Origin: Salinispira sp.
Lineage (GTDB): Bacteria > Spirochaetota > Spirochaetia > DSM-27196 > Salinispiraceae
Length of the DNA: 64,000 nucleotides
Assembly: GCA_965602015.1 (NCBI GenBank)
Contig: OZ271918.1
Span: forward strand, 1,536,001-1,600,000
Direction: 5' to 3'
Shown here piece after piece: positions 39,440 to 49,833 of the stretch; within the stretch, counting starts at the first letter, position 1; the number at the start of each line of letters is the position of its first letter. The notes under the pieces were generated by a model. That model did not search any database and had not been told where the DNA came from. It saw only the letters and a program-made list of their open reading frames with translations. Both the position numbers and the translations under genes were made by a program.

Positions 39440-42400
39440 TCATTTCTTTTCCACCGCGAGGATGGTCAGGTCGTCATACTGGGAATCCTCATAAATGTGG
39501 CTGTATCGCCGGTACAGGCTTTTTTCATTTTCCGGGAGGGGGTTGGAAAAATATACCCGGTACTGCAGAAAATGCTCCTTGAGAAAGTCGTCAATTTTTT
39601 TATCAATTGAAATCCGGTCCTCACGGGTGAGGTTCGGCATGGGAACCAACCGGTACACCTTCTCGACGGACATTAGCGCCAGGATGAGATTTGGCAGAGT
39701 GGATTCCAGATTGGAGAAGTCAAAGGTCAGCTCTTCATCGCCGGCGGGATTGCGGAACTTTTTTAGTTCGTAAACCTTGCGGCTCATAACAGATTCGACA
39801 ACCTCGATAATCCGGGGAACCGAAAAGGACTCGCCTAGCCCTCCCTCGTCCTCTCCGAGAATTATCGGGGCCATTTCGTCTTCCAGGGCCTGTTTGGCGT
39901 CCTTCATGCGTTTGCGCTCTTCATCGTCGGCGTCGGGTACCGCTTCGAATTCTTCCTTCCGGTACACCGTCCAGTCGTCGTGGCGCAGATAGCGCCGCCC
40001 TTCATCAATTCCGTCGGTAAAAAGGAGCAGGATATCTCCCTTCTCTATCCGCGCGGTGTCCACCGGAAAAGTGATGGGCATTCCCACCAGCTCCTCATGC
40101 ATTGCACCAGCCGCCGGCGTCCGGGGCAGCTCGATGGTGACTACCTTGCGTTCCTTGCGGCGGTACATGTGGACCAGATTGTCACCGGCGTTGCAAAAGG
40201 CCAGTTCGCCGGTGCGTTCGTTCAGGGTGAGCATATTAAATGCGGCGAATTTCCCTTTGAACTGCCGACGGTAAATAATATCGTTGATGCTGTCGGCCAG
40301 AGAGGAGAGCTCGCGCCGGTAACCCGTGCCCTTGCTCTTGTTTTTTTTGCGGAATTCCTCGGACCATCCCTCAAACTGCCGCAGGAAGAGCGAGGCGACG
40401 GTAACCATTATCAGCGCCGCTTCAATATCCTTGCCCGAAACGTCGCATTTGATCATGGCAAAATGCTCGTCGTCGATGCGGTCGTAATAAAAGTAGTCAC
40501 CGGAGACGCCCTTGGCGCCCTCATAGTACCCGTAGAACTCCAGCTGGTCTGAAGAGCTTGTGTCCTGCCGGAAGGTCGCCTTGGTTTTGTCGTCATGGGG
40601 GTTGGGGTCGAGGGTAATGTACATCTTCTGCACGTCCTTACCCATCATTACCGACTTGTTCGCCTTTTCAGCGGCGATGAGCCCGTCGGTCATCTGATTA
40701 ATGGTTTCCGACAGGAAGTGGAGTTCATCCTTAGTGTTGATCTCAATGGGTTTGCCCTTGAGGTCCTCCTTAACCTCCGTATCTCGTATCAGCTCAACCC
40801 CGGCTACCAGTTTGCGGATCGGGTTCACCGTTATGGATGCCAAAAGCAGGGCTCCTGCCACCCCGGCAGCAATAGCGACCGCTGCAAAAATCGAGATTTG
40901 GATGATGATGGTCCTGGTGGTACTGGCGATTTGATTGTTTATCAACCGGGTCGAAACTCCCAGCCGCACGCTTCCCTGGTAACTGCTGCTGAAATCAGCT
41001 TCGTACCAGTATACGGGGAAACTGAAGAGATAGTCTGACACGCCGGTATCGTAGTTTTGCACAGAGTACTCGGGGGAAGAGTTGATTGAAATACCCTCAG
41101 CCAGCTTTTCATCCAGGCGGTTGCGGAGGATGCTTATCTGATCCTCGATTTCCTGCAGCTCCTGGCTGGTAGTGGCGCTGCTTCGCTGCTCATCGGCCTG
41201 AACCACCTGCTGCTGGATTTGCCGATACTCATCATCGGAGGCCAGAGCGTTAAAACGGGCGATATCGCTCCCCTCGGCGGGCTGATTACCGGCTCCCTGA
41301 ATCAACTCTCTCAGGGGATCGCGAATCTGAACCTGGGCAGTACGGACCAGTTGGCTCCGGGGGTCGTCATAGCGCCGGAAAAACATCGGAAGATCTCCGC
41401 CGCCGCTTCGCACGGCCGCCGCCGGATCTTCCGGCAATTCGGAGAGCGCACCGGACAGATAATCTGCTATCTGCTGATCGTTGGCGAAAAGCATCGGGTC
41501 GGTGGTGACCCAGATATACTCCCTGCCGGCGGGATCGAGCTCGTACTGTTGATCATCAATTACCGCGAGAGTTCCCGCAGGACCGGAGGTAATGGTGACG
41601 AAGTCGATTTCCTCCAGGGCAGCCACCTGATTAGTCAAAGCTCTCAAATCCCGGGCCTTTTGGAATACCAGGTCATCTGATTCCAGAATATCAGCGGCAC
41701 CGATTGAAAGACTCTGGAGGGTCAACTCCACCTTATCATACAATCCCTGGGCGAGAATTTGCTGCTGGTTGGAGAGGATGAAATTACTCAGAGGCAGCGA
41801 AATGACCGCGACAACTGCCAATACGAGGATGAGCATAAATATGGTGAACTTTGCCCTGAGGCCCATTCCCTGTCTTTGCATAGTTCTTACCTTCTCCTCA
41901 AGTTGTTGTAAGGTCATCGGACCCGCGTCTCCGCTGACCAGCGCAGCGACCTCCGCCTGGATGACCCGGTTGTCCCGGACAACTCCCCGGATCCGCAGCA
42001 GCGTGACAACGATGATAAAAATCAAAAGCGGTGTAATCAGCATGATGCTGATATCGAGTACGGAAAAGCTCAATTGCCCGTCATTTATCAGGCTGACTTC
42101 CGGAGGCGTGAAGATATCGAAATCACCGAGCTTGATGGCCCCGTTAGCATCCAGACTGAGACGGCTTGCATGGCGGTAGAGTCCCCGCTCGCTGTGATCC
42201 AGAATGAGCTGATAATCCCCGCTGGCAAAGCCGCCAAGTGTTATGTCCTCAATGACTCGGTCGGAAACCAGCCGGTAGTCGCCGGAAGCGCTGTTTAAAA
42301 CATAGTCCCAGGGCTCCCGACCGTCTCGGTCAAAAATAATCCGGTTTATGAGCCCGTTTGCCGTAAAGCCCCTCCCCGCGAAGCGAAAAACCAAGTCGCC

Positions 42401-44416
42401 GATGATATTTTCACGAACGGCTATACTGGTTAATCGGGTGACAGGCACATACTTGTTCAGCCGCAAGAGCTGTATGCCAGGAATTCCCGCATTCCCAACG
42501 CGATCGACCGCGCGAACCGCCAGGGCCCACAGTCCGTTGTCCTCGTTGTTGAGGGTAATGCGGTTTTCCGTCCTGCTGATCACTGAAGATTGGGTAAATC
42601 CCTGACTCACCAGGGTCGCAGCCTGCTCAAAACTATCGAGTTGGGCATCTTCCCGTCCCAAGTACTGAAGGCGGATCTGGTAACCCGACAGATCGTCCTC
42701 GGTATTGGGAATCCAGTTAAGGGCGATGCTGTTTGAAAGCAGAAAGCCGTCCTCATCGAGGGGCATACGGCCAAAGCGGACCTGTGCAGGGGGTATCAGG
42801 TCCAGATCATAGTTGATGCGGCTCACAGGGGAACGGTTGCCCGCCCGGTCGAGGGTTTGCAGATAAAGGGTCCATGTGCCGTGGGCGTCGGCTACCAGAT
42901 TAAGGCTGTCCGCTAAACCGATGTCAAAAAAATCCCCGGATTCCGGCGGACCGTCGGCAGACCAGGCATAGCTGATGCTGCGCACACCGGCGGGGTCGTC
43001 GGGAATTGCGATTCGGTATTCAACGTCGGAACGATTGTACTCTCTTCCGGGAACATAGCTCAGGGGAATGGCCCGGGGAGCATCCGCCCGTATATCGGAT
43101 ATACGAATTACCAGCGAGCTGATTTGCCGGCGGAAATCTCCGGCCAGATCCTGATTCCAGTTTTCCCTTTGGAGCCAGATGAAATAAGGTTTGCCGTTGA
43201 ACATCGCTGCCCGGGGAAATGCATAGGCTGACCGGTCATCGGAAAGCTGATCTGAACTCCAAATTCCATTTCGGTCCGGGCTGGCCAGGAGCACCTGGGA
43301 GCGGCGCAGCAAATCCGAGTAATACAGTATGTATTCTTCATCCCGGTGGATAAAATATCCCCCGTAGCTCGCCGAGCGGCCTCCGTCGCTTACCGGCAGG
43401 GAGTTGCGCTCTACTGCCCGTATGATGCGGCTCTCCATGCTTCCCTCGGAATCCAGGAGGGCTGTGTGTATCTGAACGTTTGCACCGCTGCGGTTTCGCT
43501 CAAAAACCAGGCGGGGCGAGCCGTCGGGGGAAGCAAGCAGCCGGGGGTTCTGATTCACATAAAACCGGGGCTCGATATTTGCTATCGCCGAATCCTCCGG
43601 ATCTTCAAATCCACTGATAAGCCGGGGTTGGCTCCAACTCAGCCCGTTGTCCACACTGATGCTGCTGTATAGCTCGGAATAATACCCGATGGGGGCAGAT
43701 GCAATCGCCTGCCGCTGAAAAACCAGGTAGAGCCGATCCCTGCTCTCCAGGAGAACGGGGTTCAGCACCGATGAGTTATCCGCGGGGTCGGGATTATCCA
43801 GGAGAGTAAAGTCACCCCAGCCCCGACCGTCTTCGAACCGGCTGTACAAAACATCGGTTCTGGGCTGTACCGCCTGCAGCTGTTCATCAGCCTCGAGCCG
43901 AGAAACAAAGAGAAAAAAACCTGAGGAGGTGGAGTAAATCCTGGGCTCTACGAAAATCTGGTTATCAATTTCGAACTCCCGGCTGAGCGATAATTGATCG
44001 CCGGGATTTGATCCGAGGGTAAAATGGCCCAGCGATCCGTCGGAACCCAAAAGAACCAGGGAAAGCCCCCGTTCATTGGCGGCCACCGAATACACCGGAG
44101 GGACAAATACGGTCTCCAGCAGAATAGGTCTCCCGATATTCTGCTCATCCTGCCAGTCAAACCCGTCCTCGCTGCGCCTGACCCGAAGGGAAATAAAGCG
44201 CTGACCGTCTTCATCGGTAACAATCCGTTGATAAAATAGCAGGAGGGAATCCCCAAAGCTGATCAGCTGGGGGAAGCGCACATCATCGTCGCTGAGCAGG
44301 GCCTGAGGCTCAAGGTAGATTGCCGTTGTACCCACTCGCTGGGCCACAAGGGGCTGGACGGCTATCGCGGCAAGAACAAGGCTGAGCAGTAATCGTCGAA
44401 CCGTCATGTCTCCCAT
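39440..44416 (-). CDS. Giant membrane receptor-type PP2C/SpoIIE phosphatase with HAMP domain
   Basis: Signal peptide, Asp-box-like motifs (SEDGFDW, SVDNGLSW), Ig/Fn3-like DRAGN and DRVGN motifs, three hydrophobic segments, HAMP, and SpoIIE motifs SGDYF, CDVSGK, NAG, TDG and DDLT. TAATG overlap with the upstream gene. Confidence 0.85.
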   Translation of the reverse strand: MGDMTVRRLLLSLVLAAIAVQPLVAQRVGTTAIYLEPQALLSDDDVRFPQLISFGDSLLLFYQRIVTDEDGQRFISLRVRRSEDGFDWQDEQNIGRPILLETVFVPPVYSVAANERGLSLVLLGSDGSLGHFTLGSNPGDQLSLSREFEIDNQIFVEPRIYSTSSGFFLFVSRLEADEQLQAVQPRTDVLYSRFEDGRGWGDFTLLDNPDPADNSSVLNPVLLESRDRLYLVFQRQAIASAPIGYYSELYSSISVDNGLSWSQPRLISGFEDPEDSAIANIEPRFYVNQNPRLLASPDGSPRLVFERNRSGANVQIHTALLDSEGSMESRIIRAVERNSLPVSDGGRSASYGGYFIHRDEEYILYYSDLLRRSQVLLASPDRNGIWSSDQLSDDRSAYAFPRAAMFNGKPYFIWLQRENWNQDLAGDFRRQISSLVIRISDIRADAPRAIPLSYVPGREYNRSDVEYRIAIPDDPAGVRSISYAWSADGPPESGDFFDIGLADSLNLVADAHGTWTLYLQTLDRAGNRSPVSRINYDLDLIPPAQVRFGRMPLDEDGFLLSNSIALNWIPNTEDDLSGYQIRLQYLGREDAQLDSFEQAATLVSQGFTQSSVISRTENRITLNNEDNGLWALAVRAVDRVGNAGIPGIQLLRLNKYVPVTRLTSIAVRENIIGDLVFRFAGRGFTANGLINRIIFDRDGREPWDYVLNSASGDYRLVSDRVIEDITLGGFASGDYQLILDHSERGLYRHASRLSLDANGAIKLGDFDIFTPPEVSLINDGQLSFSVLDISIMLITPLLIFIIVVTLLRIRGVVRDNRVIQAEVAALVSGDAGPMTLQQLEEKVRTMQRQGMGLRAKFTIFMLILVLAVVAVISLPLSNFILSNQQQILAQGLYDKVELTLQSLSIGAADILESDDLVFQKARDLRALTNQVAALEEIDFVTITSGPAGTLAVIDDQQYELDPAGREYIWVTTDPMLFANDQQIADYLSGALSELPEDPAAAVRSGGGDLPMFFRRYDDPRSQLVRTAQVQIRDPLRELIQGAGNQPAEGSDIARFNALASDDEYRQIQQQVVQADEQRSSATTSQELQEIEDQISILRNRLDEKLAEGISINSSPEYSVQNYDTGVSDYLFSFPVYWYEADFSSSYQGSVRLGVSTRLINNQIASTTRTIIIQISIFAAVAIAAGVAGALLLASITVNPIRKLVAGVELIRDTEVKEDLKGKPIEINTKDELHFLSETINQMTDGLIAAEKANKSVMMGKDVQKMYITLDPNPHDDKTKATFRQDTSSSDQLEFYGYYEGAKGVSGDYFYYDRIDDEHFAMIKCDVSGKDIEAALIMVTVASLFLRQFEGWSEEFRKKNKSKGTGYRRELSSLADSINDIIYRRQFKGKFAAFNMLTLNERTGELAFCNAGDNLVHMYRRKERKVVTIELPRTPAAGAMHEELVGMPITFPVDTARIEKGDILLLFTDGIDEGRRYLRHDDWTVYRKEEFEAVPDADDEERKRMKDAKQALEDEMAPIILGEDEGGLGESFSVPRIIEVVESVMSRKVYELKKFRNPAGDEELTFDFSNLESTLPNLILALMSVEKVYRLVPMPNLTREDRISIDKKIDDFLKEHFLQYRVYFSNPLPENEKSLYRRYSHIYEDSQYDDLTILAVEKK

Positions 44417-47400
44417 TATATGGTTCTTCCCGTTGCGCTTTCTATATCTTCCTTTAATTCTCTCAGCTTCCTGACCAGCTGATTGTCCGAGTCGGCATAC
44501 CACAGGTCCCGAACTATCGCCTCGGCTTCGAGAATCTGGTTGCTGTTCAGCAGGTCGACAGCCTGACTGAAGCGAAGCTCATCCGGTGCGGATAGCTTGA
44601 CTATCTGGTTGAACACGCTGTAGGCGATGACTACCTGGCGGCGCTCGATGTTCGCCTGGGAGCTTAAGGGGTCGATTCTCAGGGCCTCGTTAATGTTTGC
44701 CAAGGCCTGTTCGAGGTATGATCGATAAAGTTGTTCGTCATTCCTGTTATTTTGAGCGAGACGCCTGAGGCGTTGGGACTCGGAAATCAAAGGCCGAATA
44801 TCCGGCGCCCAGGGCAAGGGATTGATTTCCCCGGCGACCAGCCGGAGGTAGTAGAAGGCTTGGTCCAGATCGCGGTTTGTATTTGCGCCGATGAATTCCT
44901 GAAACGCGCGGATATTGGTAAGGAGCTCCGCCAGACTCGGATCTGAGGAAGACAGGCGTTGCTGATACTGTTGATAATTCCGCTCCAAAGACTGAAGATC
45001 GTATATGCCCGTGCCGACAATTTGCCCGATGCTTCCGATAAGCTCATCTATTTCCGCATTGAGCTCTTGTGCGAATTGCTCGGGTTGGCGCAGCTGCAGC
45101 AGTTCGAGCTCCATGATTTTCGCTTCAAAGTTTGCAGGTAGCTGAGCAAAGACCCCGTCGAGATTTATTCGCACATCCCGGACATAGCGTTGAAAGGCCC
45201 CTTCCTGCCCGCCGCTTCGAGCCTCTCGGGCATTAACAAGTCCGACCGCCGCATTGTTGAGGAAAGTGGATAGGCGGCTGTAATTCGAGTCGGTTTCCCG
45301 AAGATCCCCCTGATTTGCCAGCACAATTCCCCGGTTGATAATTTCCTGAAGGGTGGGAATTCTTGGATCGCTTTCGGTTTCGGGCAGATTTCGGTCCTGG
45401 TCTACCGCATCCTGAAGCGCATTATTTGCCAGAATCCACTCGCGCTCGTCTATCAGCTGGACCGTCGCGGCAATGGCCTCATCCCGGCGCTGTCGGGCGA
45501 TGGTAATCTTCAACTCTTCAAGCCGGGCAAAAAGGGACCCGTCGCTTTCGGTGAGCTGCCGATGCTCTTCAACCACCGCCGGATCGGCGTTTATGGAGAT
45601 AGACGAGAGATACAGCTCATCCATGGAGGCAAACAAGCGGTCAGCCGCATCGACCTCCTGACGGCTGATGGCCTGTTCTACATCGGCTCTGAAGTCCCGG
45701 GCATCCCGCAACAGCAAAAGAGACTCTTCAAGCCGCTGTCTGGCCAGAGAGAGATTGGTCTGCATGGAACGGATTTCCGATTCAGCGTTCGCCACAAGTC
45801 GGGCGTACTCTTCGCCCGGCTGGGAAACCGCTGCGGACCGGCTGATAAACTCCGGTGCCTGATCGATTTCCGCCTGAAGCCTTTGGGATATCGTAATTAC
45901 GCTCAGGAACTCTTCGGTGGCAGACTCGTATTTATCGATTGCCCTGCCGGGATAACGCAGGGTAGCCCCGCTTTCATCGAGGATGCCGGCGAGATCTGAG
46001 TCGGCCTCATCGACGAGCGACACCGCCTCGGCCTGTCTCTGGGGCGCATTTTCCTGTTCGAGAGCCAGATACTGGTTGAAGTAGTTGATAGCCAGGGTTG
46101 TAATCTCACCGTTCAACCGATCAACGTCTGAAAGATGCAGACTCAGGGCATCGCCGATGTCGTCAGCAAAAGAACCCTCTGTTTCAGAAAACGCAGAAAG
46201 CTCCTCCCTGCGAAGCTCCAGAAGATCTTGGAAGGCCGAACTAAAAATAAGGAGCTCATCTCTGAGGTCAAGGGCAATTCGGTAATTCTCGAAGGCATTT
46301 TCGCTGAGGGCAAACTGCTGCCCTGCCAGACTCTCATAGTTCAATGCGAGTCGAGAGAGAGATTCCCGGCTATTTCGCGATTCTTCTCTGATGGAGATGG
46401 CAAGCACCGCCGGGCGGTCTTCCCTTTGAACCGCAGAAGCCAGGTTGGCCGGTCCCGCCGCCGGCTGCGCTTCACCAAGCGCCTGATAATGCAAAAGTTG
46501 CTTCTGTACAAGTCCGAAGGCGTTCAAGGAGGCGGCTAAATCCAAAACCAGCTGATATTGGGCCTCCTCATATGCATCGGCGAACACATTTTCATAGTTA
46601 GCCGCAATCACCTCGGTCAGCGCGAACAGATCATCAAAGTAGCGCCGGCTTTGACGGTAGGCCGCTCCCACGATTCCTTCGCCGGGATATTCGGCGGGTC
46701 CGGCGACGAACTGCTCGATGTACAAAAGATACGGCGGATCACGGTTTTCAGCCGACTGGGGCAAAAATTCGGGGAAGCGCTCGCGCAGCTCGAGAGCCTG
46801 GTTCGCGCTTGATTCTATTGTAGCGCGTAGCCGGGAGTATCTGGCCAGCCCGTCAAAAAGTTCGAAAAGCCTGTTGTCATTTGATATCGCTGAAGAAAAG
46901 TCGGAAAGCGAGTCGGTATCAAGTCCATCGGTCAGCGAAGCTGAGATCTCCAAGGGCTCTGCGGGAAACGCCGATGCAAGTGTGGCCTGGGCATTTTGGG
47001 CAATGGTTGACCACAGCGCATCCTCGGCAATCAGAGCGGAAGTCTCGCCGGCAACCCTCCCGGTCAGATCTGCAATTTGTGAAACATATATGGGCGATAC
47101 CTGATATTGGGCCACCAGCGATGCGAACTCTTCTCTTTGGAGGCGGAAACTGGAATCCGAGTCCTGGTAGGGCTCCTCCACATTCAGGCCGCTTAGGCTT
47201 AAATAGCGCTCCATGGCGAGGAGGTATTCCTGATTTTCCATAAACTCGTGGGCAAGGTCGAGGATTCTGTCGCGATACCCCCGGTCAACAGCAAGTTTTA
47301 CTGTGGCCCGCAGTTCATCTGTTTCCTCTCCGGTAATTTCCGGGAAAAGGGACTCCAGCTGGGCGATGTATGCCAGGGCCAGTCCCTCATCCAGGGGATC

Positions 47401-48408
47401 ATCCGGGTCGTTGGGGTCTTTCTGGAGTTCGGTGAGCAGTTGCTGCAGCAGGTCGTTGTACTCGCTTCGCACCGCGCGTATCTGGGCGATCTGCTGTTCC
47501 GCATCCTCGAAGTACCGGGGGTGCAAATTCATGACGATGGAAAGCATTTCTACTGCCCGGTTGTACCGTTTGGCTGCCTGCAGGGCCCGGGAGAGCGTGA
47601 GTCGAAGCTGGCTCAGCACCCGCTCGGTGCCATCGACGGGCAACTGCAGCTGTTCTATTGCGATGATATGAGCAAAATCATAGTGGTCCACCACCGCCCG
47701 GTATCGGGAAAAAAGCTGCGCGAGATTCTCCCGAGCCGGCTCGATGCGGGTTTCACCGTCTGCTCCGCTTTCCAGAACAGACAGGTTTTCATTGAGAAAC
47801 TCGGTCTGTTCGTAAACATCGAATTCGACTATGAGATCTTCTCCGGCAGCTGCGGAACTTCTTTGAAGCTGGTCGGACTCCGATTCGAGGAACCGGCCGA
47901 AAAACCCCTGGATCAGCAGACGCTCCACCAGCGAAACGCTGCTGAAATCAAGAGTATTGGCAAAATCAACAAAGCGGGTAAAGGGCGGAATCTGGTCCAG
48001 GGCATCGGCTTCAGCAATGGCGGCAGCCCCGGATGACCGCCTGGCGTCCACAGTCTCGAGGTACAGGGTAAGAACTTCATCGAGAAACCCCTCGATAAGC
48101 CCCTCATCGGCAAATGAATTAAACTCCGACCAGGCAGGCGCATAGAGCTCCGCCAGGAGATTCTCCAGGTCGGAAACCGCTGTTTCCCGAAGAATGCCGA
48201 CTTCCTCACTTAACGAGTCGGCTTCTATCCCGTCCTCCCGCTCACCGCTACTGTAGAGAGCTTCCGCCCGGCGTTCAAGAACGCGGGCCTGACGCAACAG
48301 ATCGTCGGCGGCTTCAATGCGCTCCTCCCCCCCGCCGCCTGCAAATGCAGTTGCTGCAAAAAGCACAATGAGAAAAATACCGGCTGTAGCATGCCGAAGA
48401 CCCGGCAT
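44416..48408 (-). CDS. Giant exported alpha-helical/TPR-like protein
   Basis: Signal peptide ending AFA-GGGGEE; very acidic, helical composition with TPR-like segments. Confidence 0.75.
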   Translation of the reverse strand: MPGLRHATAGIFLIVLFAATAFAGGGGEERIEAADDLLRQARVLERRAEALYSSGEREDGIEADSLSEEVGILRETAVSDLENLLAELYAPAWSEFNSFADEGLIEGFLDEVLTLYLETVDARRSSGAAAIAEADALDQIPPFTRFVDFANTLDFSSVSLVERLLIQGFFGRFLESESDQLQRSSAAAGEDLIVEFDVYEQTEFLNENLSVLESGADGETRIEPARENLAQLFSRYRAVVDHYDFAHIIAIEQLQLPVDGTERVLSQLRLTLSRALQAAKRYNRAVEMLSIVMNLHPRYFEDAEQQIAQIRAVRSEYNDLLQQLLTELQKDPNDPDDPLDEGLALAYIAQLESLFPEITGEETDELRATVKLAVDRGYRDRILDLAHEFMENQEYLLAMERYLSLSGLNVEEPYQDSDSSFRLQREEFASLVAQYQVSPIYVSQIADLTGRVAGETSALIAEDALWSTIAQNAQATLASAFPAEPLEISASLTDGLDTDSLSDFSSAISNDNRLFELFDGLARYSRLRATIESSANQALELRERFPEFLPQSAENRDPPYLLYIEQFVAGPAEYPGEGIVGAAYRQSRRYFDDLFALTEVIAANYENVFADAYEEAQYQLVLDLAASLNAFGLVQKQLLHYQALGEAQPAAGPANLASAVQREDRPAVLAISIREESRNSRESLSRLALNYESLAGQQFALSENAFENYRIALDLRDELLIFSSAFQDLLELRREELSAFSETEGSFADDIGDALSLHLSDVDRLNGEITTLAINYFNQYLALEQENAPQRQAEAVSLVDEADSDLAGILDESGATLRYPGRAIDKYESATEEFLSVITISQRLQAEIDQAPEFISRSAAVSQPGEEYARLVANAESEIRSMQTNLSLARQRLEESLLLLRDARDFRADVEQAISRQEVDAADRLFASMDELYLSSISINADPAVVEEHRQLTESDGSLFARLEELKITIARQRRDEAIAATVQLIDEREWILANNALQDAVDQDRNLPETESDPRIPTLQEIINRGIVLANQGDLRETDSNYSRLSTFLNNAAVGLVNAREARSGGQEGAFQRYVRDVRINLDGVFAQLPANFEAKIMELELLQLRQPEQFAQELNAEIDELIGSIGQIVGTGIYDLQSLERNYQQYQQRLSSSDPSLAELLTNIRAFQEFIGANTNRDLDQAFYYLRLVAGEINPLPWAPDIRPLISESQRLRRLAQNNRNDEQLYRSYLEQALANINEALRIDPLSSQANIERRQVVIAYSVFNQIVKLSAPDELRFSQAVDLLNSNQILEAEAIVRDLWYADSDNQLVRKLRELKEDIESATGRTI

Positions 48409-48519
48409 CGGCGGCGTCAGAGGAAAACCTCCATTTGCGGGAATACACCCGCCCCTATCATCTAAATCGGAATAATCCGATAGAATCTTACCGCTATCGT
48501 CGATATAATATCAGAAGAT

Positions 48520-49833
48520 ATGGGAAAGTTACTGCGGCTCATTCTCACAACTTTAATCTACACGTCTCTTCTGTGCTTTTCCGTATCCGCCCAGGAATAT
48601 CAGGATTTCCTCGATTCCCTGATGGACCTCCTGCCTGGCCTTGAGGATCCGCAAAATACCGGACTCACCACCCTCCCTATCCTCGAAATCAGTCCCGGCG
48701 GTGAGCGAAGCAATCTGGGCAACGCCTATACTGCGGTTGCCCGGGATGTGTCATTTTTCGAGTCCAACCCTGCCGCCAGCTCCCTGCTGGAGCGAACCGA
48801 ACTCGCATTTTTTCACCGGAATCTCATCAGCGATGTTTCCATGGACTCGGTTATGTACAGCCAGAGGAAAAATAACTTCGGCTATGGATTTGCCGGTAAA
48901 TTTCTGCATTTTGAGTTTACCTCCCTGGACAGTAGAGGGAATCAGCTCGCATCGGCCTACCCCAGCGAGCTCCTGTTCAGTGCAAACGCCTCATACAATT
49001 TTTTTGATAACTATTATTTCAGTGGGTTGGCGGCGGGAATAAACCTCAAAATCGCCCATAGAAATGTTCCCAACCGCTTGTTCGACCGTGACTTTATTGA
49101 CCTGGCGCCGGGAAGTCAGAATTTATTTGCCTTTATGGTGGACATCGGACTGCTGTCCCGATTCAACTTCGGGAAGTTTTTCTCGGGCAGGGAAAAGAAT
49201 TTTTCCATCGGATTGAGTGCAAAGAACCTCGGTCCTCCGGTGAAGGGCGACCCACTGCCCAGCGAGGCAAGCATTGGGCTGTCTTACCGGCCGCTGAGAT
49301 TTCTTATGCTTACCTCCGATATAAGTTACCTCGGTAATTTCGTCGACTTCGGAAACTCTGAAGGAATCGGGTTCGCTGCTGGCTTGGATTTGCGCTTCGT
49401 GGAGTTTTTCTCCATTCAAGCCGGTCTTGAGCTCAGAGGCTTTAATCCCCGATTCTCCGTCGGTGCGGACATAGATCTGCGACCGGTAAGCTTTGTGGTA
49501 AATTACACACTCGATCTGACCACCGCGTCCAACGCATTGGATAATTTCTCTATTACGGCGAAGCTTGATTTCGGCGATGACGGCCGGGCAGCGCTGCAAA
49601 GACAGGTTGACGAGCTATACATTGAAGCGCTCATCGCGCTGTCAAACGGTGAATACCAACGGGTCATCGAACTGTGTGAGCAAATTATTGATCCGGAAAA
49701 CGGAATAGACCCCAGTTTTACCCCCGCGAGGGAAACCCGGGATCTTGCCCAAACCACCTTATTGAGGGAAGCTCAGTTTACGGAATTCGAGCAAAATCGC
49801 CCAGCCGTATCCCCCGAAGCTGAGACTCCGTAA
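48520..49833 (+). CDS. UPF0164-like (FadL/PorV-like) outer membrane protein with C-terminal TPR
   Basis: Signal peptide, LEISPGGE...LGNAYTAVARDVSFFESNPAAS motif, alternating beta-strand pattern and a C-terminal helical repeat. Confidence 0.8.
   Translation: MGKLLRLILTTLIYTSLLCFSVSAQEYQDFLDSLMDLLPGLEDPQNTGLTTLPILEISPGGERSNLGNAYTAVARDVSFFESNPAASSLLERTELAFFHRNLISDVSMDSVMYSQRKNNFGYGFAGKFLHFEFTSLDSRGNQLASAYPSELLFSANASYNFFDNYYFSGLAAGINLKIAHRNVPNRLFDRDFIDLAPGSQNLFAFMVDIGLLSRFNFGKFFSGREKNFSIGLSAKNLGPPVKGDPLPSEASIGLSYRPLRFLMLTSDISYLGNFVDFGNSEGIGFAAGLDLRFVEFFSIQAGLELRGFNPRFSVGADIDLRPVSFVVNYTLDLTTASNALDNFSITAKLDFGDDGRAALQRQVDELYIEALIALSNGEYQRVIELCEQIIDPENGIDPSFTPARETRDLAQTTLLREAQFTEFEQNRPAVSPEAETP

Noticed and set aside
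49778..49833. 56-bp convergent 3' overlap (also a 23-bp one at 11424-11446)
   Set aside because: Short tail-to-tail overlaps are common in compact genomes, and nothing points to a function.
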